This document shows positions 49,958 through 62,000 of a stretch of DNA of 64,000 nucleotides, one piece after another. How positions within the stretch are numbered: position 1 is the stretch's first letter; every line of letters starts with the position of its first letter. The notes beneath the pieces are model-generated. The model saw only the letters and a program-made list of their open reading frames with translations. It was not told the origin of the DNA and did no database searches. Origin of the DNA: Halocafeteria seosinensis (Eukaryota); the NCBI GenBank assembly GCA_001687465.1, contig LVLI01000020.1:62001-126000 (forward strand). The letters are read 5' to 3'. Both the position numbers and the translations under genes were made by a program.

Positions 49958-50259
49958 TTGATTTCTTCTACACGCACATATGCTTGGATTGTCTGTATTT
50001 CGTGTATGCGGCTAATTCAAGAGTCCGCCGTATAGACTACCAATCGGACAGCACCCAAGTCTACCGAATCTCCCTCTGTGAAGATCGGATTTCAAACGGT
50101 CTCAGGCCTTAAGCCCTCAAGGCTTGCGGGACAAACCCTCAAACAAATCTTGACGCTGAAAACGGTCTGGTTAGGACTGCTCCAACTTTCCCTGTATTGC
50201 ATCATCGGCATTGATTCAAGATCTGGTCGGCTGAGAAGCGCATATACAATGTATGTACT

Positions 50260-50480
50260 TACCCTTCCGGATCACAATGACGTAGAATTCTACCGGTATC
50301 TTGAACAACAGTTCCTCCTCTTTACTCCTGCTTGTGTCATCCTTTGAGTAGGTAGGTTGGCGCGGCATAAACGTGGACTGATACTCAGGCACCACGAAGT
50401 AGAATTTCGGCCAAACGATGGCGTCCTCTTCCCACCTGTAGGAGTCACGCACTTGCTTCCACCAGAAGTAGGTGCGCGGG
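50260..50480 (-). pseudogene. Fragment resembling the C-terminal tail of Crinkler/RHS-type REase domains
   Basis: 'KFYFVVPEYQSTFMPRQ...KIPVEFYVIVI' recalls the 'LYFVVP...F..Q...QYVL.I' tail of CR effectors. Confidence 0.35.
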
Positions 50481-50667
50481 ACAAATCGCCCAGATCGGCA
50501 AAAATATATTTTACCCACGGGTAAATCCCTAGGGCACTTCATGTAACATGCGCCATCATTTCTGAACCCCATTTTAACAAGGATTCCAAACCTACTCTTG
50601 GAATCTGGATACGTCCATCCAATATCGAGATATAGCCACGAACAACATGGGGCGATTTTCCTGAGCT

Positions 50668-51320
50668 GGGTGCGCTTTGGCGGGTGACTTTGTTGGCATA
50701 TTCCGTCGCTTTCGGCTGCATTGAAGAAGAGAGATATAGTCAATATAGCACGTTTACTGTTTTACTATCATTCAAAACAAGAAATATACAATTCCGAGCA
50801 GGAATGGTGAAATAAGAGCTTGCCAAAGAAGGTGCGCCCTTTTGCGGATTTCTGCATTTGTGAAGCTGAAACGCACGCTTTTGAGGGTGGGTTGGTGCGC
50901 TTTTGCTCGTGTGTGTCCGCTTTTGGCTGCCCACTTTGGAGGACCTATTGACCAATATAGGAGGTATTGATCTCAACGAGGATAAGATGATATGATGCAT
51001 TGTTTAATTTTAATGTGATTAGTCGGAAAACAGTCCACATTTATGGCTCGACAGCACTATATGGTGTATCCAAAGAGTGTGCGCGCTTTTGCGGGCGCTT
51101 GTCTGGGAACTTGCAGCTGGGGTAAAAATATCGCCGGATTTCAAAGGCTCTCACTGACCGGAATACTATCGCAGGCCACGTTTTCGAGGTCCGACTGGTA
51201 AGTACATTCTCTAGGCACGGTAGGGCCCACAAAAGATCCAGGGAATATCGACGTTAAGCGTGTGTATTTGGAGCTTTTTCCGACCCTCCTTTTTTGCGAC
51301 AAGGTGCACGCTTTTGTGGG
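50668..51320. repeat. Dispersed array of a GTGCRCGCTTTTGNGGG-like motif (~7 co-oriented copies)
   Basis: Copies near 50668, 50831, 50871, 50894, 50913, 51077 and 51303. Confidence 0.7.
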
Positions 51321-51560
51321 GATATTCGGATGCCCATAACATAATATCCACTGACAATACATTCATTATCGTGGGCGTAGTAGATTGATAGTGCGCTTAG
51401 CTATTCGGGGGTGTAATATGAACGTGAGATATGGATGAGAATTGTGTTTGCAGCATGATGAATTCTGCTCCTGTGTTTTCCCACGGGTGAAATTGTATTT
51501 CCACACTTAGGCCACTTCGTGTAATACACAACACCATTTCTGAACCGCATTGTAACAACC

Positions 51561-51829
51561 TGATGGGAGAGTCTCCAAAAAGCCTCCACACCAGTAAGAC
51601 AAGAGATCAACAATGAAGGGCTGTTTATAACATTCAGGGATCCCCATGAAATCAACACTGGTGTATAGGACATAGACAATCAAGATATACACCTAATACA
51701 TCATCCATCACATGTTTTCATTTATTCAACTGTTCATAAACAGCCTCGATAAATGAAAACGTGTTTTCACACAGTGACATTCTTCAAGTGTCTTACTGGT
51801 GTGGAGGCTATTTGGAGACTCTCCCATCA
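51561..51829. repeat. 41-bp inverted repeat pair (51561-51601 and 51789-51829), MITE-like or foldback
   Basis: tgatgggagagtctccaaaaagcctccacaccagtaagaca versus its reverse complement with one mismatch. Confidence 0.9.
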
Positions 51830-54493
51830 CGTAAAACAGTAATTTCTTCCCATGTTGGTTCCAAACTTGTAGTACCTTTTTTATCAAGATCTTCATCGAC
51901 AAGTACCTCCTTGAGAATTTCGATTGGTTGTCGCTTCCGCCTGTCACGAACCTTGTCTTTCCTACCGACAAACTCCCCTCCGCAAGACTTCACAATTAAT
52001 GAGCCGTCCTCTCCCCACGAACAAATTATTCCGATCAGCCAAACTTGTTGAGGATCGTAGTTTTTCCAGTGACGATAGCTCCATACCTGTCGTAAGGCGT
52101 TCAGCATGGCCTCTCGGTGGGCTGCATCTACAGAAGCTTGTCCCTTATTTCGAACAATTTTGATTTCCACAATGGGTCCACGAGGACGTTTCCATTTCGG
52201 GGGAAGTTTATTACTCGGCTCTTTACGCCACTCTGCATTCAGCAAGGGGGCCATCTGTTCAGCCTCTCCTTTTCTTGCCGCTTCCTTGATTGCAAGAAAG
52301 AAATCCATATACCCTTCTTTTTTACCAATGTGATATTCCCGCGCAATTCTCATCCTTCCATGATGAAACTGATGAAGGAAGATGTCATGTACACGGTGTT
52401 GTACGGACTTTTCGTCTAAAGCATCGAAAGGTATTTTTCCATGTGTTGCTTGAATTCCTCTTCCCACTAGTGCAAGGTTTCTTTCCACAGCATGGACTAG
52501 TGTCCTGGGATTCTGATAATACTCTTCCACCTCGGCGTCCTCTAATATGTGGATTTTTTTGTACGCCCCCACAAGTATATCCACTATATCCTTACTATGT
52601 AGTGAAACTACCGGCTGCAAGAAAACTCGACCATCGGCAGTGACTCTGTCAACTCTTAACAACCCCAGGTTGTAGAAGAGTACGCGCATGTCGGACCTCT
52701 CATTCAGCTTGGTCGACATGTTTTGGAAGGTTAGGATGTCGGACATCGGCACGGGGCCGCCAACTAGAGCCAGCACAGCATCATCGTACTTGCCAGATGA
52801 AGCGATGAGTTCAGAGAAGGCGTCCTTGGCACCTAACAGCCAATGTCGTTGGGGAGGGTTCCTTTTATCCTCGATGATGTTTTGAATGACCGCCAATGCA
52901 TCCCGAGGGCTATACAAAGGTGATAACGACTTGATCTCCTTTCCCTCCTTTCTATCCATAAACCCCGTTACAAACCCATTGATCTCGTCCTTTAGATAAT
53001 CCAGAAACACTTGTTGTTGTTCCTCTTCCGTGTGTTTGTTCTGATCGACTATTTTAAGGTTTCTAGCCCACGAGAGAGTTTTGTCCCATGTCAACGGGGC
53101 ATTTGCTGGGGCGTTTTCCAAAATATGCTTGAGATCCTCTTCCGATATACCGAAGAGGTCGTGATGTTCCTCCCAGATACCAAGGTCGGTTGTGGTATCG
53201 AGCTTTGAGAGGCCGGTACCACCCAACCTGATAAGTGTAACCAATGCTATTCCATACAGGTCGTCACGGATTAGCGCCTTCAACACATCACAGATTTCTA
53301 TTACGCTTCTGACAAGGCCTCCGTATTTCCGTATGTCCTCCAGACGCTCTTCTTCCTCTTTCTGGGTATATAACTTGCTAAAACGGGCGTTCTGCAGTTG
53401 TCTCCAGGGTCTATCATATTCATCAACCAATATTAGCGGACGATCGTCCACTAAGGACTTTCCATTCTGATGGAACAGCTTTTCTGTATCCAGCCTCCTC
53501 CTTGCCTCCTTGTACAACTTCCTCAGCATTCGAACCCCGGAATCAAGTACCGCCTGGGGTGGAACAGAATCATCACAGCCCCGAACTTCTAATCCAAGAT
53601 CCTTTAGTTGGTTGATAATGTTCTCTTGGAGTCCCTTAGTATAGGAGCATTTAACAAAGTCCAAAAATACCACAGGTCGTAAGGGTGAACTCAGAAAATG
53701 CATTCCTTTGTCGGTTCCTGCAAGATGCTCATAAAAATCGCTCATCAGCTTTTCATCCTCGACTTCCATCGATGAAGGCACGCCAATGCTGTCTCTTAAA
53801 AAAAGTAACCACGTAGTTTTCCCCAAACGTCTTGCCCAGGACGCTACACGTGTCCGCACACCTTCATTAAAATCAGTGTCAAGCGCACGAGTGTATGCGG
53901 CGGTCTTATCCACGAATCTACCATTAATTATCATCCAACGGGTAGTGCTTTCCCCGTAATTCTTTGTAATGTTGGGTTCCCTAAACTGGTAAGGTGTACC
54001 ATTCTCCTGGTATTTCTTCACAGCCTTTCTGCGGCTATCTATCAAGGTTTCCAGTTTGGAGCGTAGATTCCTGACGCTTTCCTCATCGTAGTCTGCAAGG
54101 AGAAACGGTGATGCCCATAAACCGCAACGTGGAAAGTAAGCATTCAAACGGCCAAATCAACCTACAAATTAGTAAATCGCCACGCTGATCGAATGTTTCG
54201 CTTCTGGCCTCGGTAGAGACTTCAGCCCGGGGTTGAATCCCTCGTATGAACCAGCCACCGTAATTCATTCCTGCGTCAAACGTGTATGTATGTAGAGTCA
54301 TATGCCGTGCATTTACTATACAGCCCATAATAGAATACATTATTTACTTACCCAGTGACGCACTTGTCCATGATGGATTGTGCATGCACCATGTGTTGTG
54401 GTATGTGGAAAGAGCAGTCCATGCTCGTCGAGGTCTAATGAAGGACCCAATGCGTCTGACCGAAGCCGCATTCCTTAACGCTGTGCTCAACAT
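51808..54493 (-). CDS. AAA-ATPase-like (PF09820-type) + PD-(D/E)XK nuclease (PF08011-type) protein with presequence-like N-terminus (exons 54493-54352, 54270-54166, 54092-51808; 843 aa)
   Basis: 'FVDKT', Walker A 'ARRLGKTT', Walker B 'LILVDEYDRP', 'YSP', 'FYNLGLL', nuclease 'E...GYMD...VEIK...ALRQV'; introns gtaagt..cag (54271-54351) and gtaggt..cag (54093-54165) keep the frame. Confidence 0.8.
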
Positions 54494-54664
54494 CTTCCTT
54501 CTTGCAATGGTCAACAACAACTGTTCAATGAGATGAGATCTGTATACAGTCGTTCATTTATAAAAGTAACACCCTTTTTTTGTTGAAGTGCGGAAACAAT
54601 TGATCAAAAATACATGTAAAGGTATGGGATGAATACTGTATATAGCATATCAGTATGTTTTGGA

Positions 54665-55123
54665 CTAAAGAGAAACAGAGAAGCAAAAGTTTTGTCCCTC
54701 GATAGCTTCATTTACGCCTTTTTCGAGGGGGCCTTCGTCCAGGTCCAGAACTTCACGGCGCAGCAATTCGAACTGCTGACCTATTTGAAGCTTTGAGCAA
54801 AGTTTGATGGTGTTGTTTCGACTTGAATACCCTTTCCATTCGACGTCCATTTCATCGTCGTCCTGTATGTATTTCACGAATGGCTCAATCTCGAATAATT
54901 CCTCCGTGTTTGCCGGACCCTCGTCGCCCAAATTCTTGGTCGCATTCAGTACAGTGTATGCGACCGCGCGCCAAAGCTGGTGCTCTACCACTGCCACTGG
55001 TAATCTACCAGATACTGTAGCTACAGACTCTACATTTGGCCATCGAAACGTTGTAGATAGTATTTGGCGCCAAATTTTTCCATTATACGCTGAAGCCAAG
55101 TAGGAAACGAGAGCCGGTCTCAT
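54665..55123 (-). CDS. Hypothetical protein (5' exon structure unresolved)
   Basis: 152-aa ORF with protein-like composition; possible 50-nt intron at 55090-55139. Confidence 0.4.
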   Translation of the reverse strand: MRPALVSYLASAYNGKIWRQILSTTFRWPNVESVATVSGRLPVAVVEHQLWRAVAYTVLNATKNLGDEGPANTEELFEIEPFVKYIQDDDEMDVEWKGYSSRNNTIKLCSKLQIGQQFELLRREVLDLDEGPLEKGVNEAIEGQNFCFSVSL

Positions 55124-55353
55124 GACACTGAAAACTTACGGCTGTTTATCATGCTGCATTTAGTTTCCATAGAGCTTTTTCCCATCCGCTCCTGCATCTA
55201 ACGTGTTCAGCGGATTGGTTGACATCCGGGTTTGTCTCTGAATAGCAAATAAGGGCAAGGAAAGCCTGGGTTCCAGCCGCTGGGTGAGGCTTAACGGAAA
55301 TCGTCGCAGCACCATTAGGCTTTTATAATCCTTCCTCGGAGAGGAGTAGAGAG

Positions 55354-58300
55354 ATGCCAGTGGGAGAATCAACGAATTCAGCCAAGGCCGATTATGGCTC
55401 GAATCGGACCGATTCGCCGAAGAAAGCGTTTACGCGCACGAGTAACCAGTCGAACTGGCCTGGAAGCGGAAAGCGCAAGACGCCAGTTCCTCCGTTACAA
55501 TTATCCAAGCAGAACCCCCAAGATGACAACACTCCGGCGCAAAACAATGGCTTCAGTAGATCTGCGAACGAGGGGGACAATTCTGGTCCGACGAAGAAAG
55601 TTAGCTTCATGGGATCACAGATGACCACGGGCCAACGTTCGTACTTCTCCCCCACCTCAGCATCGGGATCCACTCCTCGAACAACGCCTACCCCAAACAA
55701 GAAGAAGTTTCGCTCCAATTTAGAGCTGGAAGAACTCGAATACCGCGCGTCTAATGCGCTCCCAGTTGTGCTCACGGAAGCCACAATCCATGAACATGAG
55801 CAAATCAAAGACATGGAACCCTTGTTTGATTACTCGGTGGAATTGAGACCATTGCGTGTGAATTCGTTCCAAATGAGCAAGGGAGTTCGTAATCCAGACA
55901 ACTATTTTCTAAGAGCATTTCAAGCAAGAAGCCAAGGAAAGCTAAAAGCCGCCCTAAGGTATGCCAACAGGTGCAGCGTATCCGTTCTGTGTATTAAAAC
56001 TACCAATGTATCATACTGCAGTCTGTATACCAAGGCTCTTCACCTAAAGCCGAAAGATTTTAAGTCCGCCTTTAACAGGGGATATGTATATGATCGACTT
56101 GGGTATTTAGAAGAAGCCCGGGCAGACTACTCGTACGCTGCCATCTTAGAACCAAAGAGTAGTTTTACCTTGTTTAACGGTGGCATTGTTGAGGCGGTAC
56201 GTTGCTGGCAATTAATTACCAAATATTACGCCCATTCACGCGTGTGCGTTTTATATACACGCAGCGACAGAGAAAGCTAGACATCGCAATTGAAAGCTTG
56301 ACCCGAGCAATCGATATCCAGTACAGGGACGTTACCGCTTTGAGGCAAACAATGTCATTTATGGGATCGAAAGCAGATCCCGAAGAAATGGAGGAATATG
56401 AAATGAAAGAGAGAACGTCTGCTGCAGCATTGGCTGTGTTTTTGCGGATAAGAGGGCTGGTTCGCCGTCGCAATTCACAATTTTCAGAGGCTTCGCGTGA
56501 CTACCTCGAAGCCAACAAGATTTTGAATCCCGCAATGGAAGAGGAAGAAACCGAACGGCGGAAAAAAAGAAAGCAACAAAATGAACAACACAAGACGGAA
56601 CTGCTTGAAGCAGCACGCCGTCGGATCATGGCTCGGGGTAATCTCGCAGACCGGTTATCAGATTTTTCGTTTGAGGGAGATGGGACGTCTCGAACGTTAT
56701 CAACGACTGTGAACCCTGAGGCAAAAGCACAAAATGCAGAATATGTACAGATATGGGGGAATAGGCAGATGGGAATGCTTCTACGTGATTGCCTTGTTAA
56801 GGATGCGTACGATAAGTATGAAGACGCCTTAGAGGATCATAAAGCAATGATGATGCGCTTGAGTGCAGAGGATCAGGATAATGCTCCACGAGAACCTGAA
56901 TTAGTGGATTTCCTGGATCAAAACGCGTTTGTCAATCATGCTCAAGACGCCGCTGCCAACGCCTATTCCATCTGGAAGTCTCTATTCCAAAGCGAGGTGG
57001 GGACCACAAGCGACCGTACTGTAGTTAAAGGTGCAGCCGTAGGTCACGGTGACACTACAGCTGGTCGCAAGGGTCATGTCGTAAAGGAGTATCGCGCGGG
57101 ATTGGAGCCCAGTGAACAACACGACACAGTTGGAGAAGAAGGTCAAACTAGTACTCGCGCATACCGCGGTACAAAAGGAAAGACTCTCATGCAGCCGTAC
57201 TGTTTTAGCGATGGTCCGGTCTACGATCCTGGCAATTTTCGGCCTACGAAGAATGCTTCCTATCCATCCTCATTGAAGCAAAGGTTTTCAGAAATTTTCC
57301 CAGTTTTGAAAATCCGTAACAACGGTACCTCAGTTAGAGCAGACCAGGCTACGCGAGATTCTCTGTCTCCAATATTGAGACGAGATGTGGATCTGCTAAC
57401 GCGGCTCACCGATAACATAAGACTGTTCTACAACCAGGCTCAGCGAGTCCAACAGAGCATGGTAACGAGGTTGTACTGGACAGAACTTCCTGAGAGATCC
57501 GCCATTTGCAACGAGGGAGAATGGGGTGACTGCTTGTATGTCGTCGTAGAGGGGTCCGTTGACTTCTACCTCCGGAGGGACATGACTACTGGTAGAAAGA
57601 TAAAACAGACCTTTGCCGTCTTCAAAGTTGGGAAATTTCTGCTCAAATGGGTGCATCGTTATCGTCAGAAAAAGAAAGAAAAGAAGCTGAAAGGTGACGA
57701 CGAGGCTACCGAAGGAGATGCTCCGCCAAGAATTACAGCAGGACATTTGAAAGGCATACTGCTAAGCTTGGGTGATAGATCACCCTATCCCATTCGGGGC
57801 AAAGATGCCGAAAAAGCAGTTTACGGAGACACAGAGCGAAAGTTTGGCATACACATAGGATCTGTGTATTCTGGTGAAGGATTCGGTCAGGACACAGTGA
57901 CGGGTCCACTACAGCGTGTCTGGTCGGAGGAAGCCAATGGTGGTGAAGGAGACTATGTCGACGTCAGATTTCGGCCTGTCACAGCGGTTGCTCGCGAACC
58001 ATGCCTTCTTCTGGCTCTGCGACGTGCTGACTACCACTATGTGATGAAATGTCACCATGAGGTAATCTTAGCCGAACAGGCAGCATGGTTGAGCAAGCTC
58101 CATCTACTGGCATCAGCGTCGCATGACGAGATTTCCAACCTCGCTCAACGGATCCAGCACAGACGCTTTAGGTGCGGAGAGGTGATATTGTCCCAAGACT
58201 GCCCCGTCGAAGGCCTGTACATGCTGAGGTCAGGAAAGTGTGTAGTATTACGGTCTAGAGCGTCTCCCCCCAAAGGAACTCATTCACCGACTGAAGAAAA

Positions 58301-59084
58301 AGAGAAAGATAATGTTGCCGCAAGGATGTTCCGAAGGGCCTCAATGTCAGGATGGATCGACGTAAATGAAAAGTTCCCTAGAAGCGATGGGCTCTCTCGT
58401 GTGACGAGTGTCGCGGCTGAAGCAGCCAAACCGAAGGCGCAGTACCACGACGATATATCATTAAAGCAAGTTGGCGAATCTACTGCACAGTCTCGAAGAT
58501 TCAGTAATGTGCAAATTGGGTCGGAAATGAAGTTACAACGACGCTTAAGCGCCACCCAGCCTGAGGCTAATCCGCCGTCACAACCACAACCACCCTCCTC
58601 CAACAATAAGAAAGCGACCGCATCGGTTACTCGGAAGCAACGGCAGGTTGATCAGACTAATCCAATGATAAGGTCTGCCTGGAATCCCTCATCAACCTCT
58701 GGAAATGGGATCCAGTACCTCGGCGAGCTGTTCCCCCGCGACTGGTTCGGAGAGGCGTACGTATTAACAGCCCAGATGACCACGGCGAATGCAGCAACGA
58801 ATTCATACGTGCAGTGTATTGAAGACCCGAGTTCGCAGGAGCTGGGTACCAGCCAAGCTACAATCATTGCCGAGACAGATGGAGAAGTGTGGCTTTTGAA
58901 GAGACAAGACATTTTCGAATGCTGCTCGTTCCAGACTCGTCAGAGAATGCGAGAGTTTCTTGAAAGCATGGTCAACTCGAGTAAGATATTCACCCCCAAA
59001 CAGCAAAAAGTCTGGACTGAATACAAGAAAATTGTCCTTGACGAAGAAGTCTTGAAGAAGAAGTCCGCCACTGCACGGTTTTAG
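55354..59084 (+). CDS. TPR-repeat and cyclic-nucleotide-binding domain protein (multi-exon)
   Basis: 'FKSAFNRGYVYDRLG' TPRs; 'EGEWGDCLYVVVEGSV', 'GEGFG', 'GEVILSQ....EGLYMLRSG', 'DWFGE' cNMP motifs. Confidence 0.8.
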
Positions 59085-59090
59085 ATATCA

Positions 59091-62000
59091 TCATTGGTGA
59101 GCTTTATAATTGTAATTCATCACTCTCCGGGAGGAAGAGTCACGGCCATGCGCGTCTTGGCCGGAAGGCCGGTGACCCTGCAAAATAAAATCGTCTACCC
59201 TCTCTCTCCAATGACCTGAGCTATCGTATGGTGTCCTAGTTGTGGTTTTCATCTTTGTGGATGGAGCCGTGCCTTCCGTGCCTTCTTTACGTGCGTCAGC
59301 CCGCTTCCATTTTGGTGAAGCTGAAGAACATTTATTCCGTTTTTCACTCCGTGAACTATATGCTTCTTTGTTGTGCTTATCAATCCATTCCTTTAACTGT
59401 TTCCTTAACTGCTCATTGGAGGCAGCCACGCTTTGCAGTTCATTCTCCAAGGCTCTAAGCTTATTCTGGCTGGTGCTTTCAGCCTCGTGGCCGCCATCCG
59501 TATCTCTCTCATGCATCCCATAACTCGTGCGAAGTGTGTTACCATTCTGTGCCGCTCCCCCATGTGATGTCTTGGATTGGCGCCGCATTTGTGCACGTAG
59601 ACTATTCGATAGGTCAAGCAACTGATCCCTTTCAGAAACAATTCGCTTAAGTTCTTCTCGTGTCTGCTCCAGTCTCTGTTCAACTTCGGAGGTGTTGTTC
59701 TCATGACGTTGTTGAAGCTCGTCTATTCCAAGGGTGTCCTGTACAACGTCGTTTTGTTCACGTGGTGGCTCGTGGTGGCCCATCTCTTCGTACAAGGCAT
59801 TCACACTCTGGCGGAGATTTTGGTTTTCGTTTTCTGCTTCCATGAGAAGTCCCCGCAAGGTCTTGCATTCGTCCTGAAGAGATTCGAAAGCCTCTCGAAA
59901 ATCATCGTCTCCCCTACTTCTTAAAGCCTTCGATGATGCATCTGCACGACGCTCCAGCGACCCGATATAGCGCCGAAGTCTTTGAATAGTATTTTGAAGC
60001 CCATCTCGTTCCTGTTGAATCCAGTGAGGATACAGCGGATCCTGGGCACGGTGCTCTTGGACCGGTTGCACAACTCCTTGAGAAGCATGTTGGTGATGTG
60101 CGCTTGTAGTCGATTCCTCGGCTTGCTTCTGTTGTTCTAGATCATGTATCTGCTGTCTCATTTCACCAATTATTTCGCGAAAACGAGAGCATTGCTGCTG
60201 CAGTTCAGTGTTTTTATCTTGCAACGTGGAAACCTGTTGCCTCGCTTCCAAATACCGTTGGTAATCGACCCCAGAAGACGAATCAGCCAGCTTCCCTGGC
60301 GTATTATTATGCCATGCCTCAGTACCCACGTCAAATATCTCAGAGGCAGGTCCATAATCCTGCGAGAAAACGGGGCTGCTGTAGTGCCCTTGTACCCGAT
60401 TCGCAGCCGGAGAGGATTCTCGTCCTGGGGCAAGGGCGGTATTACCCTGGTGCTGACGGGTAAGTTGCGCAGCTGTTTCCGTCGTTTTCTTGGATCTCAG
60501 TTGTGCGTTCAAATCCGCTATTTGCTCCCGCAAATCATTGATTGTCTGCTGTTTCTTCTGAACCTCCTCTTGCGACTCCTGCTGCCGACGAAGTGACTCA
60601 TCTCTCTGCTTGCGTAACGCTTCTGATTCATTCTGCATCTGTTCTTTCAGGGCCTTATTACGCGACTCCCAACGCTCATTCCAAGTACTGTTATTGAGTT
60701 CGAGTTCATGCTGCAGGGATGATATTTGCTGCTTCAGATCACTGACTTCTGCCCGTAGTCGGGTTATTGTGTCATCACGTGTTTCAACGTCGGTCTGGAG
60801 ATCCACTTTTGCTTTCTCAAGTTCCGCCACTTTAGACTTTTGATTATGAATTTCGCGTTGAAGTTCTTCCGTATAGTTATTGGATTCATTCAGCTCTTGA
60901 TGGTAGTGCTTCAAGTATCTGTCTAACTCGGTCTTCTTGTTTTCAAAGGCATCATTGGACGACTCAAGTTGTTCTCGAAGCTCGATACATTCACGTTCAA
61001 CGGAAGACTTTTCTTGTTGAAGCTCCCTGGTCTCTCGGTCATGCTGGCTCTCAAGTTGCGACTTCATTTCTTGAAATTCTCGCTGGTGTCGTTGTTGTTC
61101 ATCATGAAGTGAATTCTGGAAATCGTAGAGTTGATTTGAGAGACGTTCAAGCTTTGCCTCGTACTCATCAATAATCGACTGTTTCTGTTCGTAGAGTTCT
61201 TCCTTCTCGGAGTTGAGTTGGTCGACTCGACGACTCCAGTGATTTTCGGTCTCTTCAGCATCTTTTTGCAGATCGCGGACTTGCATCTCGAGCTTACTTT
61301 TGGACTGTTGAACGTCGTTTTTCTCATCGTCACGATCCTTTAACTCTCGTCGAACGTTAGCCAGTGTGCTTTCGTATTCCTTTATGGTGGCACAGTGCCC
61401 ATCAATTGTCTCTTGCAGCTTACTCAGCCTTTGTGATGCTTCGCTCTTTACCTCCTTGATGGAGGAATCATACATTTGAATGAGTTCATTTCGCTGGTAC
61501 TCTATCGATTTTTCTTTTTCTTGAACGCGTTGTTCCAGTTCCTCTTTCATCTGCTGATATTCTCGTTCCCAATCCCGTACCTCTTGTTCATGTGCCTCTT
61601 TGGCTTGTTCCATACCAGACTTAATATCATTGATTTGCCGCTGATAATATTCTTCGGCCTCTTTCAGTTGCTGCTGCATTTTTTGATAAGCCTCATCGGA
61701 GCGGTGAAGCGACGAATACAAACGCTGATTTTCTTCATCTTTCTCAGCTAAATGCTGCTGAAGCTGTTGCGAGTGCTTTTCGGCTTCATCCAATTCCTTA
61801 TCACGCTCTTCAATAAGCTGCGGCAGTTATAATATATTTGTATACTATTTTCTAGTCAACAACGACAACGGAAAATGAAGAAATCACGTACTTGTAGATT
61901 ATAACGGAAATCATCGCGAAGTCGGCCAAACTTGGATTGCAGATCTTGTAATTCCTTGTCCTGAAAGTGAATAAATACATGGAGAGAAAAACATCGTAAC

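Noticed and set aside
49739..51829. Repeats next to a nuclease gene as a CRISPR-like array
   Set aside because: Only two-copy or irregularly spaced degenerate repeats, no constant repeat-spacer period, and no cas motifs
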